In this document: positions 10,790 to 20,409 of the stretch, in pieces | How positions within the stretch are numbered: position 1 is the first letter of the stretch | Layout: every line of letters begins with the position of its first letter | Origin: an uncultured Bacillota bacterium | GTDB lineage: Bacteria > Bacillota_I > Bacilli_A > RFN20 > CAG-449 | NCBI GenBank assembly: GCA_902493275.1 | Contig: CABUOQ010000001.1 | Location: 28,639-92,638 of the forward strand | Direction: 5' to 3' | DNA length: 64,000 bases | The notes under the pieces: generated by a model | Seen by the model: the letters and a program-made list of their open reading frames with translations, nothing else | Database searches by the model: none | Told to the model about the DNA's origin: nothing | Program-made: the position numbers and the translations under genes

Positions 10790-10950
10790 GAGAATTTAAA
10801 ACCACCTGGAATAGTTGTGCTGCCTTTATCCGACATGAATAATCGGTAAATAATCACAGCTACGACCGCGGCCATCATCACAGACATGACAGCCATAATC
10901 GTTATTTCACCTCCAACAACTTCACTCATTTGAGCTTCATTTAATTTCAT
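10780..10950 (-). CDS. 56-aa peptide with a double-glycine-type leader (MKLNEAQMSEVVGG) and a hydrophobic 42-aa mature part. Not in the ORF track because it is under 60 aa.
   Basis: Strong SD (AGGAGG, 8-nt spacer) before the ATG at 10950. Its stop overlaps the radC ATG by 8 nt. Read by eye on the minus strand. Confidence 0.4.
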   Translation of the reverse strand: MKLNEAQMSEVVGGEITIMAVMSVMMAAVVAVIIYRLFMSDKGSTTIPGGFKFSWD

Positions 10951-10994
10951 ATTTATTTCCTCCTATTATTTAAATAAGGAGAAATAAAACATTT

Positions 10995-13580
10995 TTATAA
11001 AATTTGTGATTTTTTATTTTTATATTCGTTTAATTGATTCTCATAATTTAAAAGCTTTTGTTTTTCCAAATTGATTTTCTGTTCTGGTGCTTTAGCGATA
11101 AATGCTGGATTATCTAACATCTTCTTACAACGAGCAACTTCTTTTTCTAATGCAGTAATTTTTTCATCTAACTTCTTAATTATTTCTTCTTTTGAAACAT
11201 TTTCTTCAATGAACATTTGCCCAATTGAATATAATGTAGATAGTGATTTTTTGTTTTCATCATCGATAATAATCTCTTCGGCGAATCCAAATCGTTTCAA
11301 ATAAGGAATAACTATATTAAAATCAAAATCACCATGATGATTTAAAAATAGACGAACTTTAGCATTAGGAGCTAAATTATTATCAACTTTGAAATTTCTG
11401 ATGTCCTTAATCATCTTGATAAGACCATCAACTTTTCTTTCATTTTCATCATCGAGATACTTATCTTCAATTTGCGGATAAGAATCAAGCATAATCGATT
11501 CTAAATGACCTGGTAAATTTAAATATATCTCTTCGGCGATAAATGGTGTATATGGATAAATCATTAAAATGATTGCTCTTAAAACCTTAAGCAAAACTTT
11601 CTTACTATTTAACGCATGTTCACCATTAAATTTTATCTTTGAAAATTCAACATACCATGAGGTGAAATCATCGTAAACAAAATCATATAAATGCGTTGAT
11701 GCATTAGCAAAATCATACTTTTCCATATTATCAGTAACATTGATAATTGTTTTTTGTAAACGGCTTAAGATATAGTGATCAAATATATCAAGTTCATCAT
11801 CATTTATTGGAAGTGATAAATCATCATTTTCAATATTCAATAAAATGAAACGCGATGCATTCCAAATTTTATTTAAATATGCTTCAGATGATTTAATTTT
11901 TTCTTCAGAATAACGTGTATCAAGTCCTGGCGAAGTAGAGGTGGTTAAAAAATATCTAAGTGCATCCACGCCATATTGATTAATCACGTCGATTGGATCG
12001 ATACCATTACCTAATGATTTTGACATCTTACGACCCTGACTATCACGTATTAAACCATGAATCAAGCATTTTTTAAATGGTGCTTGCTTGGTGAACTCTA
12101 ATCCTTGGAAAATCATTCTTGAAACCCAAAAGAAAATAATATCATATGCCGTAACCATCACATCGATAGGATAATAACGTTTTAATAATGCGCTGTCATC
12201 TGGCCATCCTAAGGTAGAAAAAGGCCAAAGTGCAGAAGAAAACCAAGTATCAAGAACATCTTCATCTTGAAGATAATTTTCCATATTTTCAGGCTCATTT
12301 TCACTTACAAGAACTTCACCAGTTTTTTTATTATAATATGCTGGAATACGATGTCCCCACCATAATTGACGAGATATACACCAGTCTTCACATCCTTCCA
12401 TCCAGGAAGTAAATATTTTATTGAAACGTTCAGGAATGAATGTGACTTTCTCTTCACTATCTTGATTTTTTAGCGATTGTTCCGCTAGAGGTTTCATCTT
12501 GACAAACCATTGTTTTTTTAACATTGGTTCGACTACCGCTCCACTTCTTTCGGAGTGTCCAACTTGGTGAACAATATCATCGATTTTAATTAAATTTCCT
12601 TCTTTTTTAATTTGTTCAACTAATTTATCCCGACATTCATAACGGTCTAGTCCCGCGTATTCTTTTCCACAACAATCAGCCATTGTCGCATCATCGTTGA
12701 TGACGATTGGATGAGGGAATTTATATTTTTGTCCAATAGTGAAATCATTTGGATCATGAGCTGGAGTACACTTCATAACTCCCGTTCCAAATTCAATATC
12801 GACATAATCATCTTCAATGATTGGAATTAATTCGTGATTAGCTGGGTTAATTACCTTTTTACCAACGACATTTTTATATCTTTCATCTTTAGAATTAACA
12901 ACAACGCATACATCGCCAAACATAGTTTCAGGACGCGTGGTTGCCACTGTTAAATATTTATCAGAATTCTCAATATAATATTTAAAATAATAGAACTTTC
13001 CTGGATCATCTTTGTGAATTACTTCGATATTACTCAATGCGGTTTTAAAAACCGGATCCCAATTTATGATTCTTTCACCACGATAAATAAGTCCTTTATT
13101 ATATAAAGTCACAAATACATGCTTAACTGCTTTAGATAATCCTTCATCTAAAGTAAATCTTTCTTTAGAATAATCAAGCGATAAACCCATCATCGCCCAT
13201 TGACTATGAATAGTGTCCGCGTATTCATGTTTCCAATTCCAAGCTTGTTCTAAAAATTTTTCTCGACCCAAATCATAACGAGATATTCCTTGACTTCTAA
13301 GACGCTGCTCAACTTTGGCTTGAGTAGCTATTCCAGCGTGATCCATACCTGGAATCCATAAAACATCGTATCCTTGCGCTTTTTTATAACGGGCAATTAT
13401 ATCTTGAATCGTCGTATTCCATGCATGTCCTAAATGAAGCATACCAGTAACATTAGGAGGTGGAATAACCATAGAAAATTTAGTTTTGGTTAAATCTCCA
13501 CTGAGAAAGTAACCTTTATCTTTCCAAGTTTGATACTTGCCATTTTCAACTTGTTGATGATCATAATGAGTGTCTAACAT
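10995..13580 (-). CDS. valS: Valine--tRNA ligase
   Basis: HIGH-type motif PPPNVTGMLHLGHA, KMSKS motif, C-terminal coiled coil; 861 aa. Confidence 0.97.
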   Translation of the reverse strand: MLDTHYDHQQVENGKYQTWKDKGYFLSGDLTKTKFSMVIPPPNVTGMLHLGHAWNTTIQDIIARYKKAQGYDVLWIPGMDHAGIATQAKVEQRLRSQGISRYDLGREKFLEQAWNWKHEYADTIHSQWAMMGLSLDYSKERFTLDEGLSKAVKHVFVTLYNKGLIYRGERIINWDPVFKTALSNIEVIHKDDPGKFYYFKYYIENSDKYLTVATTRPETMFGDVCVVVNSKDERYKNVVGKKVINPANHELIPIIEDDYVDIEFGTGVMKCTPAHDPNDFTIGQKYKFPHPIVINDDATMADCCGKEYAGLDRYECRDKLVEQIKKEGNLIKIDDIVHQVGHSERSGAVVEPMLKKQWFVKMKPLAEQSLKNQDSEEKVTFIPERFNKIFTSWMEGCEDWCISRQLWWGHRIPAYYNKKTGEVLVSENEPENMENYLQDEDVLDTWFSSALWPFSTLGWPDDSALLKRYYPIDVMVTAYDIIFFWVSRMIFQGLEFTKQAPFKKCLIHGLIRDSQGRKMSKSLGNGIDPIDVINQYGVDALRYFLTTSTSPGLDTRYSEEKIKSSEAYLNKIWNASRFILLNIENDDLSLPINDDELDIFDHYILSRLQKTIINVTDNMEKYDFANASTHLYDFVYDDFTSWYVEFSKIKFNGEHALNSKKVLLKVLRAIILMIYPYTPFIAEEIYLNLPGHLESIMLDSYPQIEDKYLDDENERKVDGLIKMIKDIRNFKVDNNLAPNAKVRLFLNHHGDFDFNIVIPYLKRFGFAEEIIIDDENKKSLSTLYSIGQMFIEENVSKEEIIKKLDEKITALEKEVARCKKMLDNPAFIAKAPEQKINLEKQKLLNYENQLNEYKNKKSQIL

Positions 13581-13870
13581 ATATTTCCCTCCTAAAAATA
13601 AAAAAACATCCAGTTAAGGACGTTAAACGCGGTACCACCTTAATTCGATTACAAAAAAATAATCGCACTTAATTGAACTTTAACGCAGTTAACGAAGATT
13701 CCTCTTATCTCAACAGCGACTATAATTAATTTCTTTAACTTCTTTTCACCAACCAGAAGCTCTCTTTTAAATTCCTTAATTAACCTCTGTCTCATCGACT
13801 AGAAATATATTAACTAATTTAAAAAGTTAAAGCAAGTTAATATTTCTAATTTCCTTATTAATGTTTTTGC
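13581..13870 (-). promoter_or_regulatory. T-box riboswitch leader of valS
   Basis: Conserved T-box sequence: the minus-strand RNA reads AAGGUGGUACCGCG (plus coordinates 13626-13639). Immediately downstream is a terminator hairpin ACGUCC..GGAUGU plus U7AU5. It is followed by an AGGAGG SD and the valS ATG. Confidence 0.7.
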
Positions 13871-14046
13871 ATATTATAAAATGATGATTATGAAAAAATT
13901 ATATTTAACTTTTAAAACTAAATTTCCGTATTATAAGGAAAGAATCTTATCCTCAATTGATATTTTGTTGGTTTATCAAGGACTCTTATTTTTAATATCC
14001 CCTAATGTGATTAATCAATTATTATTAATTGCTTTGGTGGTCATTT

Positions 14047-14970
14047 TTATTCTTCTGATGGTGAAGAAAATATAACTTCACTTTCCAAGGAAATTACAGT
14101 ATTCAAATAATTTACAAGATCGATGAGCTTTTTCAAATCTTCTTTTGTCGATGAATAACGCTCATAATCAAAAGTGCATAATAAGGCCATCAAATATTCT
14201 TTCTCATAGTCCAACAATGGATTATATGAAAGATATTCTTTGATGTATGATGCAATATTCAAAGAATTATTGCAATTTCTAATCATATCATAAACATCAT
14301 TGACGCATAGATTAAAGCCCATTTTTTCTAAAGAGATCAGTTTTTCATGTTTTAAAATAATATGACTAAAATCAAAATTTTGATATGTCAAAGATAGATG
14401 AAGTTTTTTTTGCTCTTTAACGCCATTTTCAAAATTTAAAACATGTTTAGATGCCGATTCAATCGCATTTTGAAATAAAGGATAATTCATAAGAAAATAC
14501 CAATCATTTGGCGAATGATATGAATTTTGTTCAATTACTTCAATCCGCGCTTGAATATCATTTGAAACCTTTTTTATTTGTTCATCTAAATAATTAAGTG
14601 TGCTATCTAAATAATTATCTTGAATATTGATATAAAAAGAAGTATTTTTATGTAATTTAGCAATACTTTTAATATAAAAAGATAATTTTAAATCTTCACC
14701 TAAAATACTCTCATCATCAATAAAAGTAGATAAAATATAATATTTTTCATCTTCTTTTTGCACGTATTTATTATTAAAACCTTTTAATGGTAACACAAAA
14801 TCATCGCAATGACTTAACAATAAACGATTATATAGTTTATCAAGTGAATCATCTTTTACCTCTTTTAAAATATAATCGCCTTGACTAGTTTTTAATTTAT
14901 ATGTTGAAGAAGAAATCTTTAAAGAAGATTCAATTTTTAATTTGTAATATTTTTCGATGAAATTATACAT
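14047..14970 (-). CDS. CotS/YsxE-like kinase-fold (spore-coat-associated) protein
   Basis: 307 aa. The N-terminus ..YKLKTSQGDYILKEV.. resembles the CotS/aminoglycoside-phosphotransferase family. Its position between valS and a LysM protein matches B. subtilis ysxE. Confidence 0.4.
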   Translation of the reverse strand: MYNFIEKYYKLKIESSLKISSSTYKLKTSQGDYILKEVKDDSLDKLYNRLLLSHCDDFVLPLKGFNNKYVQKEDEKYYILSTFIDDESILGEDLKLSFYIKSIAKLHKNTSFYINIQDNYLDSTLNYLDEQIKKVSNDIQARIEVIEQNSYHSPNDWYFLMNYPLFQNAIESASKHVLNFENGVKEQKKLHLSLTYQNFDFSHIILKHEKLISLEKMGFNLCVNDVYDMIRNCNNSLNIASYIKEYLSYNPLLDYEKEYLMALLCTFDYERYSSTKEDLKKLIDLVNYLNTVISLESEVIFSSPSEE

Positions 14971-15772
14971 GAGGGATTAAAATTAAAGTATTAGCTTTAA
15001 ATTCTTTATTAGGATTCGCGGCAATAATTTTTTCTTTATCAATATTAAACTTAGTCGAGATTTTTGTTAAATCATCATCTTTACAGATTCGATAATAAAT
15101 AAAACTTAAACTATACGATTCTTTAAATAACTCTTTTTTGTTAATAGTATCTTCTTTTTGTTCATCATCTATAGGTGGAGTAATTTTTTCTTCTATTTTA
15201 GTTTCATCTTGATTAAGTTGAGTTTTTTCAAGATTATCGACTACTTCTATAGGAGTACTTCTCAACTCACTTTCAGAAATTTTAACTTCTTCTTGCGTAT
15301 CAATTATAACTGGATCAAGAATTTTTATTTCATCCTCGGCGATATTTAAACAACGTTTATCATTAAGATTCAAGTTTAAATAATCACGTAGTTGATATGA
15401 AAGTTCATTATCATCGAGAGAACAGAATTTTTCTAATGAAAGGTCTTCACCACATATTTGATAGATAATTTTTATATGACAGGTGCGTTCATTTTGCTCA
15501 TAATGATAGTCAAAAATTTTTAAATCAAAATTTTTAAGATTGTATTTTCTCTTTGATAAGGTGAGATCTAATGGCAATTCCGCATGTTGAGTAATACTAT
15601 TTTCATCTTTTAAAAGCGAAATATCAATAAATATTTGTCCGACAACATGGAAATTATCATGATTTTCAATGCAATTTTTTTGATCAGCGATACTTAAATT
15701 AGTAATTTTTCCTTCATCTAAGGCAATATCTTTTTCAAAAAGGATTTCATCCATAAAAAAACCTCCATACAT
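14963..15772 (-). CDS. LysM-domain protein (SpoVID-like by position)
   Basis: C-terminal LysM (..YYRICKDDDLTKISTKFNIDKEKIIAANPN..); 269 aa, acidic middle region. Confidence 0.45.
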   Translation of the reverse strand: MYGGFFMDEILFEKDIALDEGKITNLSIADQKNCIENHDNFHVVGQIFIDISLLKDENSITQHAELPLDLTLSKRKYNLKNFDLKIFDYHYEQNERTCHIKIIYQICGEDLSLEKFCSLDDNELSYQLRDYLNLNLNDKRCLNIAEDEIKILDPVIIDTQEEVKISESELRSTPIEVVDNLEKTQLNQDETKIEEKITPPIDDEQKEDTINKKELFKESYSLSFIYYRICKDDDLTKISTKFNIDKEKIIAANPNKEFKANTLILIPHV

Positions 15773-15798
15773 TAATTTATATGTATGAAGGTATCTAA

Positions 15799-16371
15799 TT
15801 AGAATAAATGTGTTTGCAATTTATCTTGCAATGATTTAATCGTCGAAGGAACATTGATTGATGTAAATAAATAATCATCGATATGATATTTTCGACACAT
15901 ATTTAATAGCTTTGCTTTTTCCGATTGCTTTAATTTATCGCATTTAGTAAAGATAAGTGTATATTTATATCCAAGTTGTTCAAGATAATCTATTGTCTTC
16001 ATTTCTTCATCGGTAATATCGCGTCTAGAATCAAGTAGATAAACAATTAATTTCAATTGATGATTATCACTTAAATAGTCATTCATCATATTCTCAAAAT
16101 TGTCCTTTTCATATGCGAGACGGCGATAGCCAAATCCTGGAGCGTCAACTAAATAGAACTTATGATCAATTAAATAATAATTAACTAATTTTGTTTGACC
16201 AGGTTTTTTTGAAACATACGCTAGATTCTTCTTTTCAACTAGAGCGTTAATCAAAGATGATTTACCAACATTTGACTTCCCCATAAATAACACTTGAGGA
16301 AAATCATAAAGATGATCGCCTTTATTAAAAGCTGATTTTATAAATTCGGAGACTTTATAATTAATTTTCAT
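15799..16371 (-). CDS. engB: Ribosome biogenesis GTPase EngB/YsxC
   Basis: G1 GKSNVGKSSLINAL and DAPGFG motifs; 190 aa. Overlaps the lon stop. Confidence 0.9.
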   Translation of the reverse strand: MKINYKVSEFIKSAFNKGDHLYDFPQVLFMGKSNVGKSSLINALVEKKNLAYVSKKPGQTKLVNYYLIDHKFYLVDAPGFGYRRLAYEKDNFENMMNDYLSDNHQLKLIVYLLDSRRDITDEEMKTIDYLEQLGYKYTLIFTKCDKLKQSEKAKLLNMCRKYHIDDYLFTSINVPSTIKSLQDKLQTHLF

Positions 16372-18709
16372 AATCGACTATTGCTTCTTTTAAAGCGTCC
16401 TCGACATTATCAAGTAAGACAAATTCAATATTATCTCTAACCACTTGAGGAAGATCATTTAAATTTCTTTCGTTATCGCGCGGAATTAAGATCTTTTTTA
16501 TTCCTGAGCGGTATGCAGCGAGCGATTTCTCTTTAAGTCCACCGATGGCAAGAGCATTTCCTCGCAAAGTAACTTCACCAGTCATAGCCACAGTAGAATA
16601 AATAGCACGATGGCTTAAGCATGAAACAATTGCTACGCTTATTGCAATACCCGCGGAAGGTCCATCTTTTGGAACTGCACCTTCTGGAACATGAATATGA
16701 ATATCACTCTTTGAGAATAATTCTGGATCAATTTTGAATTTTTTAGCGTTAGCTTTAACATAATCTATAGCAATTGTAGCCGATTCTTTCATAACATTTC
16801 CAAGATTACCTGTTAGAACTAATCCTCCTTTACCTTCGAAATAATTAACTTCGATTGGCAAGATATCACCACCGAATTGAGTATAAGCTAAGCCCGTGAC
16901 CACTCCAATTTGATTCTTTTTTTCACGTTTAGAAATATCATAATATTCAGTTCCTAAATATTCTTTAACTTTTGTTGGGGTAATCTTAACTTTACGATTA
17001 CTTCCTTTTTTTAATTGTTCCACAAGAGATTTACGAACAATAGTGCCAATTTTACGCTCTAATTCTCTAACACCAGCTTCCAAGGTATAACGATTCATAA
17101 CATAGTAAACAGCATCTTCACTAAATTCGATCTTCTTTACATCCATGCCATTTTGAGCACATTGCTTTGGGATTAAATGCTCAACAGCGATATGATATTT
17201 TTCTTCATTAGTATAAGTACTTAATTCAATTAATTCGAGACGATCTCTTAATGCCGCGGGAATATTCTCTAAATAATTAGCTGTGGCAATAAATAAGACA
17301 CGCGATAAATCATATGGTTCTTCAAGATAATTATCTTGGAAAAAGGAATTTTGTTCAGGATCTAAGACTTCTAATAAGGCTGAAGCTGGATCACCATGAT
17401 TGTTTGAGGTCACTTTATCGATTTCATCGAGTAAAAACACTGGATTAACCACTCCAGCAGTTTTCATGCCTTTAATAATTTTTCCTGGCATAGAAGCTAC
17501 ATAAGTTCTTCGATGTCCTCTTATTTCGGCTTCATCAGAAGTTCCACCAAGCGAAGCTTTTACAAACTTACGATTTAAAGCGCGCGCGATTGATTTGGCA
17601 AGTGATGTTTTACCAGTTCCTGGTGGTCCATAAAGACATAAAATAGGAGCTTTTAGCGATTTAGTGACATTTTTAACTGCTAAATACTCTAAAATTCTTT
17701 CTTTAACTTTAACTAAACCAAAATGATCTTCATTTAAAATTTGTTCAGCATGATTGATATCATCATTATCTTTTGATTCTTCAAACCATGGAATAGACAT
17801 CATTGTATCAATGTAGCTACGAGCCATTGATGATTCAACTGAAGCTGCAGGCAATTGCTTATAATGAGTGATTTCACTTTTTATTTTTTTCTTAACATTT
17901 TCCGGATAAGGATTTTTTTCAAGCATCTCTAAATATCGATCGACACTATCACCATCATCCGATGACATATCATCTAATTCTTCTTGAATTGCTTTCATCT
18001 TTTCGCGTAGAATATATTCTCTTTGAGTTTGTTCCGATTTATTTTTTATCGTTTCAAAAAGATTCTTTTCAATTTTATCATCTAACTGATTATGATTTAA
18101 TTTTGCAAATAAAATGTTTAAACGATCTAAGAGATTTGAATTTTCAAATAAGCTTTGGCGCTCTTCAAAAGGCATCTCTAGATAATTCGTTAATATATTC
18201 GATAATTCTTCTGGCGAAACACCTTTTTCAATCTTATAAACTACCGGTCTAGGTAATTGAACAGGTGGTTCACTATTAAAAATTACTTCATTTATTTTTT
18301 TTACGATTTTTTCTATTTCAACATCAGATGAATCATAAATTAATGGATATAGATCGTAAGTACAATCAAAACAAGGATGACCTTCATAAAGAGAAGTTTT
18401 TATTTCCTTTATCAAGACTCTTTTTATCGCGGTAACACGAATGCGATATATACCATTAATTTCTTTAATAGTATCAATATTACAAAGAGAACCAATTGTT
18501 AAAATTTGTTCAACAGTTGGTTCGTTGATTGAAATATCAGATTGCGAGGTAATAATTATTTTTGATTCGAATAAATCTTTTGATTTATTCATCGCTGAAA
18601 CAGAAAAAACTCTTCCAACATCAATGTTTGCCACAGTGTTTGGAAAAACTATAGCTCCACGAGTTATAAGTAATGGACAACTCAAGGATTGTAATTCATT
18701 TTCTGGCAT
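16361..18709 (-). CDS. lon: ATP-dependent Lon protease
   Basis: LON N-terminal domain, AAA+ Walker A GPPGTGKTS, proteolytic PKDGPSAG Ser-Lys dyad; 782 aa. Confidence 0.97.
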   Translation of the reverse strand: MPENELQSLSCPLLITRGAIVFPNTVANIDVGRVFSVSAMNKSKDLFESKIIITSQSDISINEPTVEQILTIGSLCNIDTIKEINGIYRIRVTAIKRVLIKEIKTSLYEGHPCFDCTYDLYPLIYDSSDVEIEKIVKKINEVIFNSEPPVQLPRPVVYKIEKGVSPEELSNILTNYLEMPFEERQSLFENSNLLDRLNILFAKLNHNQLDDKIEKNLFETIKNKSEQTQREYILREKMKAIQEELDDMSSDDGDSVDRYLEMLEKNPYPENVKKKIKSEITHYKQLPAASVESSMARSYIDTMMSIPWFEESKDNDDINHAEQILNEDHFGLVKVKERILEYLAVKNVTKSLKAPILCLYGPPGTGKTSLAKSIARALNRKFVKASLGGTSDEAEIRGHRRTYVASMPGKIIKGMKTAGVVNPVFLLDEIDKVTSNNHGDPASALLEVLDPEQNSFFQDNYLEEPYDLSRVLFIATANYLENIPAALRDRLELIELSTYTNEEKYHIAVEHLIPKQCAQNGMDVKKIEFSEDAVYYVMNRYTLEAGVRELERKIGTIVRKSLVEQLKKGSNRKVKITPTKVKEYLGTEYYDISKREKKNQIGVVTGLAYTQFGGDILPIEVNYFEGKGGLVLTGNLGNVMKESATIAIDYVKANAKKFKIDPELFSKSDIHIHVPEGAVPKDGPSAGIAISVAIVSCLSHRAIYSTVAMTGEVTLRGNALAIGGLKEKSLAAYRSGIKKILIPRDNERNLNDLPQVVRDNIEFVLLDNVEDALKEAIVDYEN

Positions 18710-18751
18710 AATTTCCTCCTTTGATCGAGAGGAATAATATTATTAATTATC

Positions 18752-20023
18752 CTACTCGTTATTAGCAAGAATAAACTTTGAAAATAATTCGTTTTTCAAA
18801 TTATTTAATACTTCATTTTTATTTGGTTCAAGAGCAGTTCTAACATCTTCAATTTTCATATTATATAATTTAGCTAATTCTTCAACTTTATCGTTATATG
18901 CTTTTGAATCAACAACAATTTTTTCTTTTTGGCAGATTTCTTGGATGACTAACATTCCTTTAAGGTTCTTTAATGCCTCAACCTTCTTATCTTCAAATAA
19001 CTTTTCAATAGTGATGTTATTTATTTTTAGATAATCTTCAAATTTTAAACCATTCTTTTCAACTTGGTCTTTAATAGATTTAATTTGAGCATTTGCTTCT
19101 TCGGCTACGATAACATCAGAAATATCTAAAGTTGAACTTTCAATAATCTTATCAACAATAGCGTTCAAATGATTATTATCAGCTGCTCTTTGTTTTTGAG
19201 ATAAAAGATCTTTTTTAACTTTTTCACGATATGAATCAACACTTTCAACATTATCAAGTTTTAAATCTTTGACAAATTCATCATTTAATTCAGGTAATAC
19301 AGTCTTTTTAACTTCGTGACATAAGACCTCGAACTTAGCATCTTTGCCAGCGAGTGATTCAACATAATTATCAGGGAATTTAACTTCGATAGTACGTGAT
19401 TCATCACTTTTAATTCCTACCAATTTGTCTTCAAATCCTGGGATGAAAGAGTTAGAACCAAGTTTTAAATCATATGATTTTGCCTCTCCACCTTCAAATG
19501 GAACATCATCGATAAATCCCTTGAAATCAATAGTTACTGTATCGCCAATTTCTGCTGCATCATCTTTTAAAACTAATGTAGCTTCTTTTTCTAATTCTTT
19601 GGTTAAAGCTCCATTAACCTCTTCTTCAGTTACATTTACTTCTTCTTTTTCAACTTTAATACCCTTATATTCACCTAAAGTAACAACAGGTCTTAAAACA
19701 ACAGTAATCTCTACTTCAAATTCATTTTCATCAGCTTTATTAACCATTAATTGTGGATCGGTAATGCCTTGAATTTTTTCTTCATTAACAATTTTGACAT
19801 ATTCCTTGTTAACCATATCATATAAAGCATCATGAATTAATTGGTTTTTATTAATTCTTTGTTGAGCTATATTAGCAGGAACATGACCTTTTCTAAATCC
19901 AGGCACATTTAATTTCGCTGCGAGTTTGTTAAATTCCTTTTTTTGTGCTGAAGCCCATTCTTCACCATTAGCCGATAAAGTTATGACGACTTCTGATACT
20001 TTTTTTTCAATCTTCTTTTCCAT
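18752..20023 (-). CDS. tig: Trigger factor
   Basis: N-terminal ribosome-binding motif GFRKGHVP and a central FKBP-type PPIase; 423 aa. Confidence 0.93.
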   Translation of the reverse strand: MEKKIEKKVSEVVITLSANGEEWASAQKKEFNKLAAKLNVPGFRKGHVPANIAQQRINKNQLIHDALYDMVNKEYVKIVNEEKIQGITDPQLMVNKADENEFEVEITVVLRPVVTLGEYKGIKVEKEEVNVTEEEVNGALTKELEKEATLVLKDDAAEIGDTVTIDFKGFIDDVPFEGGEAKSYDLKLGSNSFIPGFEDKLVGIKSDESRTIEVKFPDNYVESLAGKDAKFEVLCHEVKKTVLPELNDEFVKDLKLDNVESVDSYREKVKKDLLSQKQRAADNNHLNAIVDKIIESSTLDISDVIVAEEANAQIKSIKDQVEKNGLKFEDYLKINNITIEKLFEDKKVEALKNLKGMLVIQEICQKEKIVVDSKAYNDKVEELAKLYNMKIEDVRTALEPNKNEVLNNLKNELFSKFILANNE

Positions 20024-20130
20024 AATAAAAATATTCTCCTTACTAAAAGCAAGTACTATTTTATATTATAAATATAAATAGAGCAAGAAAATATTTTTAT
20101 CATTTGCTTTTTTATATTAAATATTTGACC

Positions 20131-20215
20131 TTAAAGATTATCTTTAATGATTTTAATCATAAGAATGATATCTTCTTCATCTAACACTCTTTTATTAAAC
20201 ATTCTTTATAATTAA
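20131..20215 (-). pseudogene. Orphan 3' fragment (..MFNKRVLDEEDIILMIKIIKDNL*) homologous to the C-terminus of the 293-aa protein at 27219-28100
   Basis: About 70% nt identity to 27219-27300. Encoded tail ..LMIKIIKDNL* compared with ..NTMIKIIKEHL*. Confidence 0.6.
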
Positions 20216-20261
20216 AAAAATCCATGAAAGCAAAATCATTAATTTTTTTATCACCAATCAA

Positions 20262-20314
20262 AAAAAGGATAGAATCACCAATCATCTTTTAAAAGATATG
20301 ATTCTTCCTTTTAT
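20262..20314 (-). terminator. Bidirectional rho-independent terminator downstream of lipoprotein paralog A
   Basis: aaaaggatagaatca..tgattcttcctttt stem with T-runs on both strands. Confidence 0.6.
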
Positions 20315-20409
20315 AAAATTTCTCAATTTGAATTTTGAAAATTCTTATTTAGACTATAAATAAATGTTAACACTATTGCTATTTTGTCTAGAGCAAGTTT
20401 ATTAGTCAA

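Larger units (their letters stand above)
20065..20409. repeat. Dispersed repeat copy A (about 345 bp). Near-identical to 22191-22522. Carries a 65-nt junction, an orphan gene fragment and a terminator.
   Basis: Direct comparison of the two regions shows more than 90% identity over about 330 bp. Confidence 0.85.

Noticed and set aside
11071-12412. Plus-strand ORFs inside valS
   Set aside because: Antisense to valS.
13881-14075. 64-aa hydrophobic ORF on the plus strand between valS and the ysxE-like gene
   Set aside because: No convincing RBS. It overlaps the 3' end of the convergent 14047-14970 gene and the distal part of the valS T-box leader. It could be a real small membrane protein, but evidence is insufficient.
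15158-19772. Plus-strand ORFs 15158-15349, 17962-18252, 18441-18737 and 19425-19772
   Set aside because: Antisense within the LysM protein, lon and tig genes.
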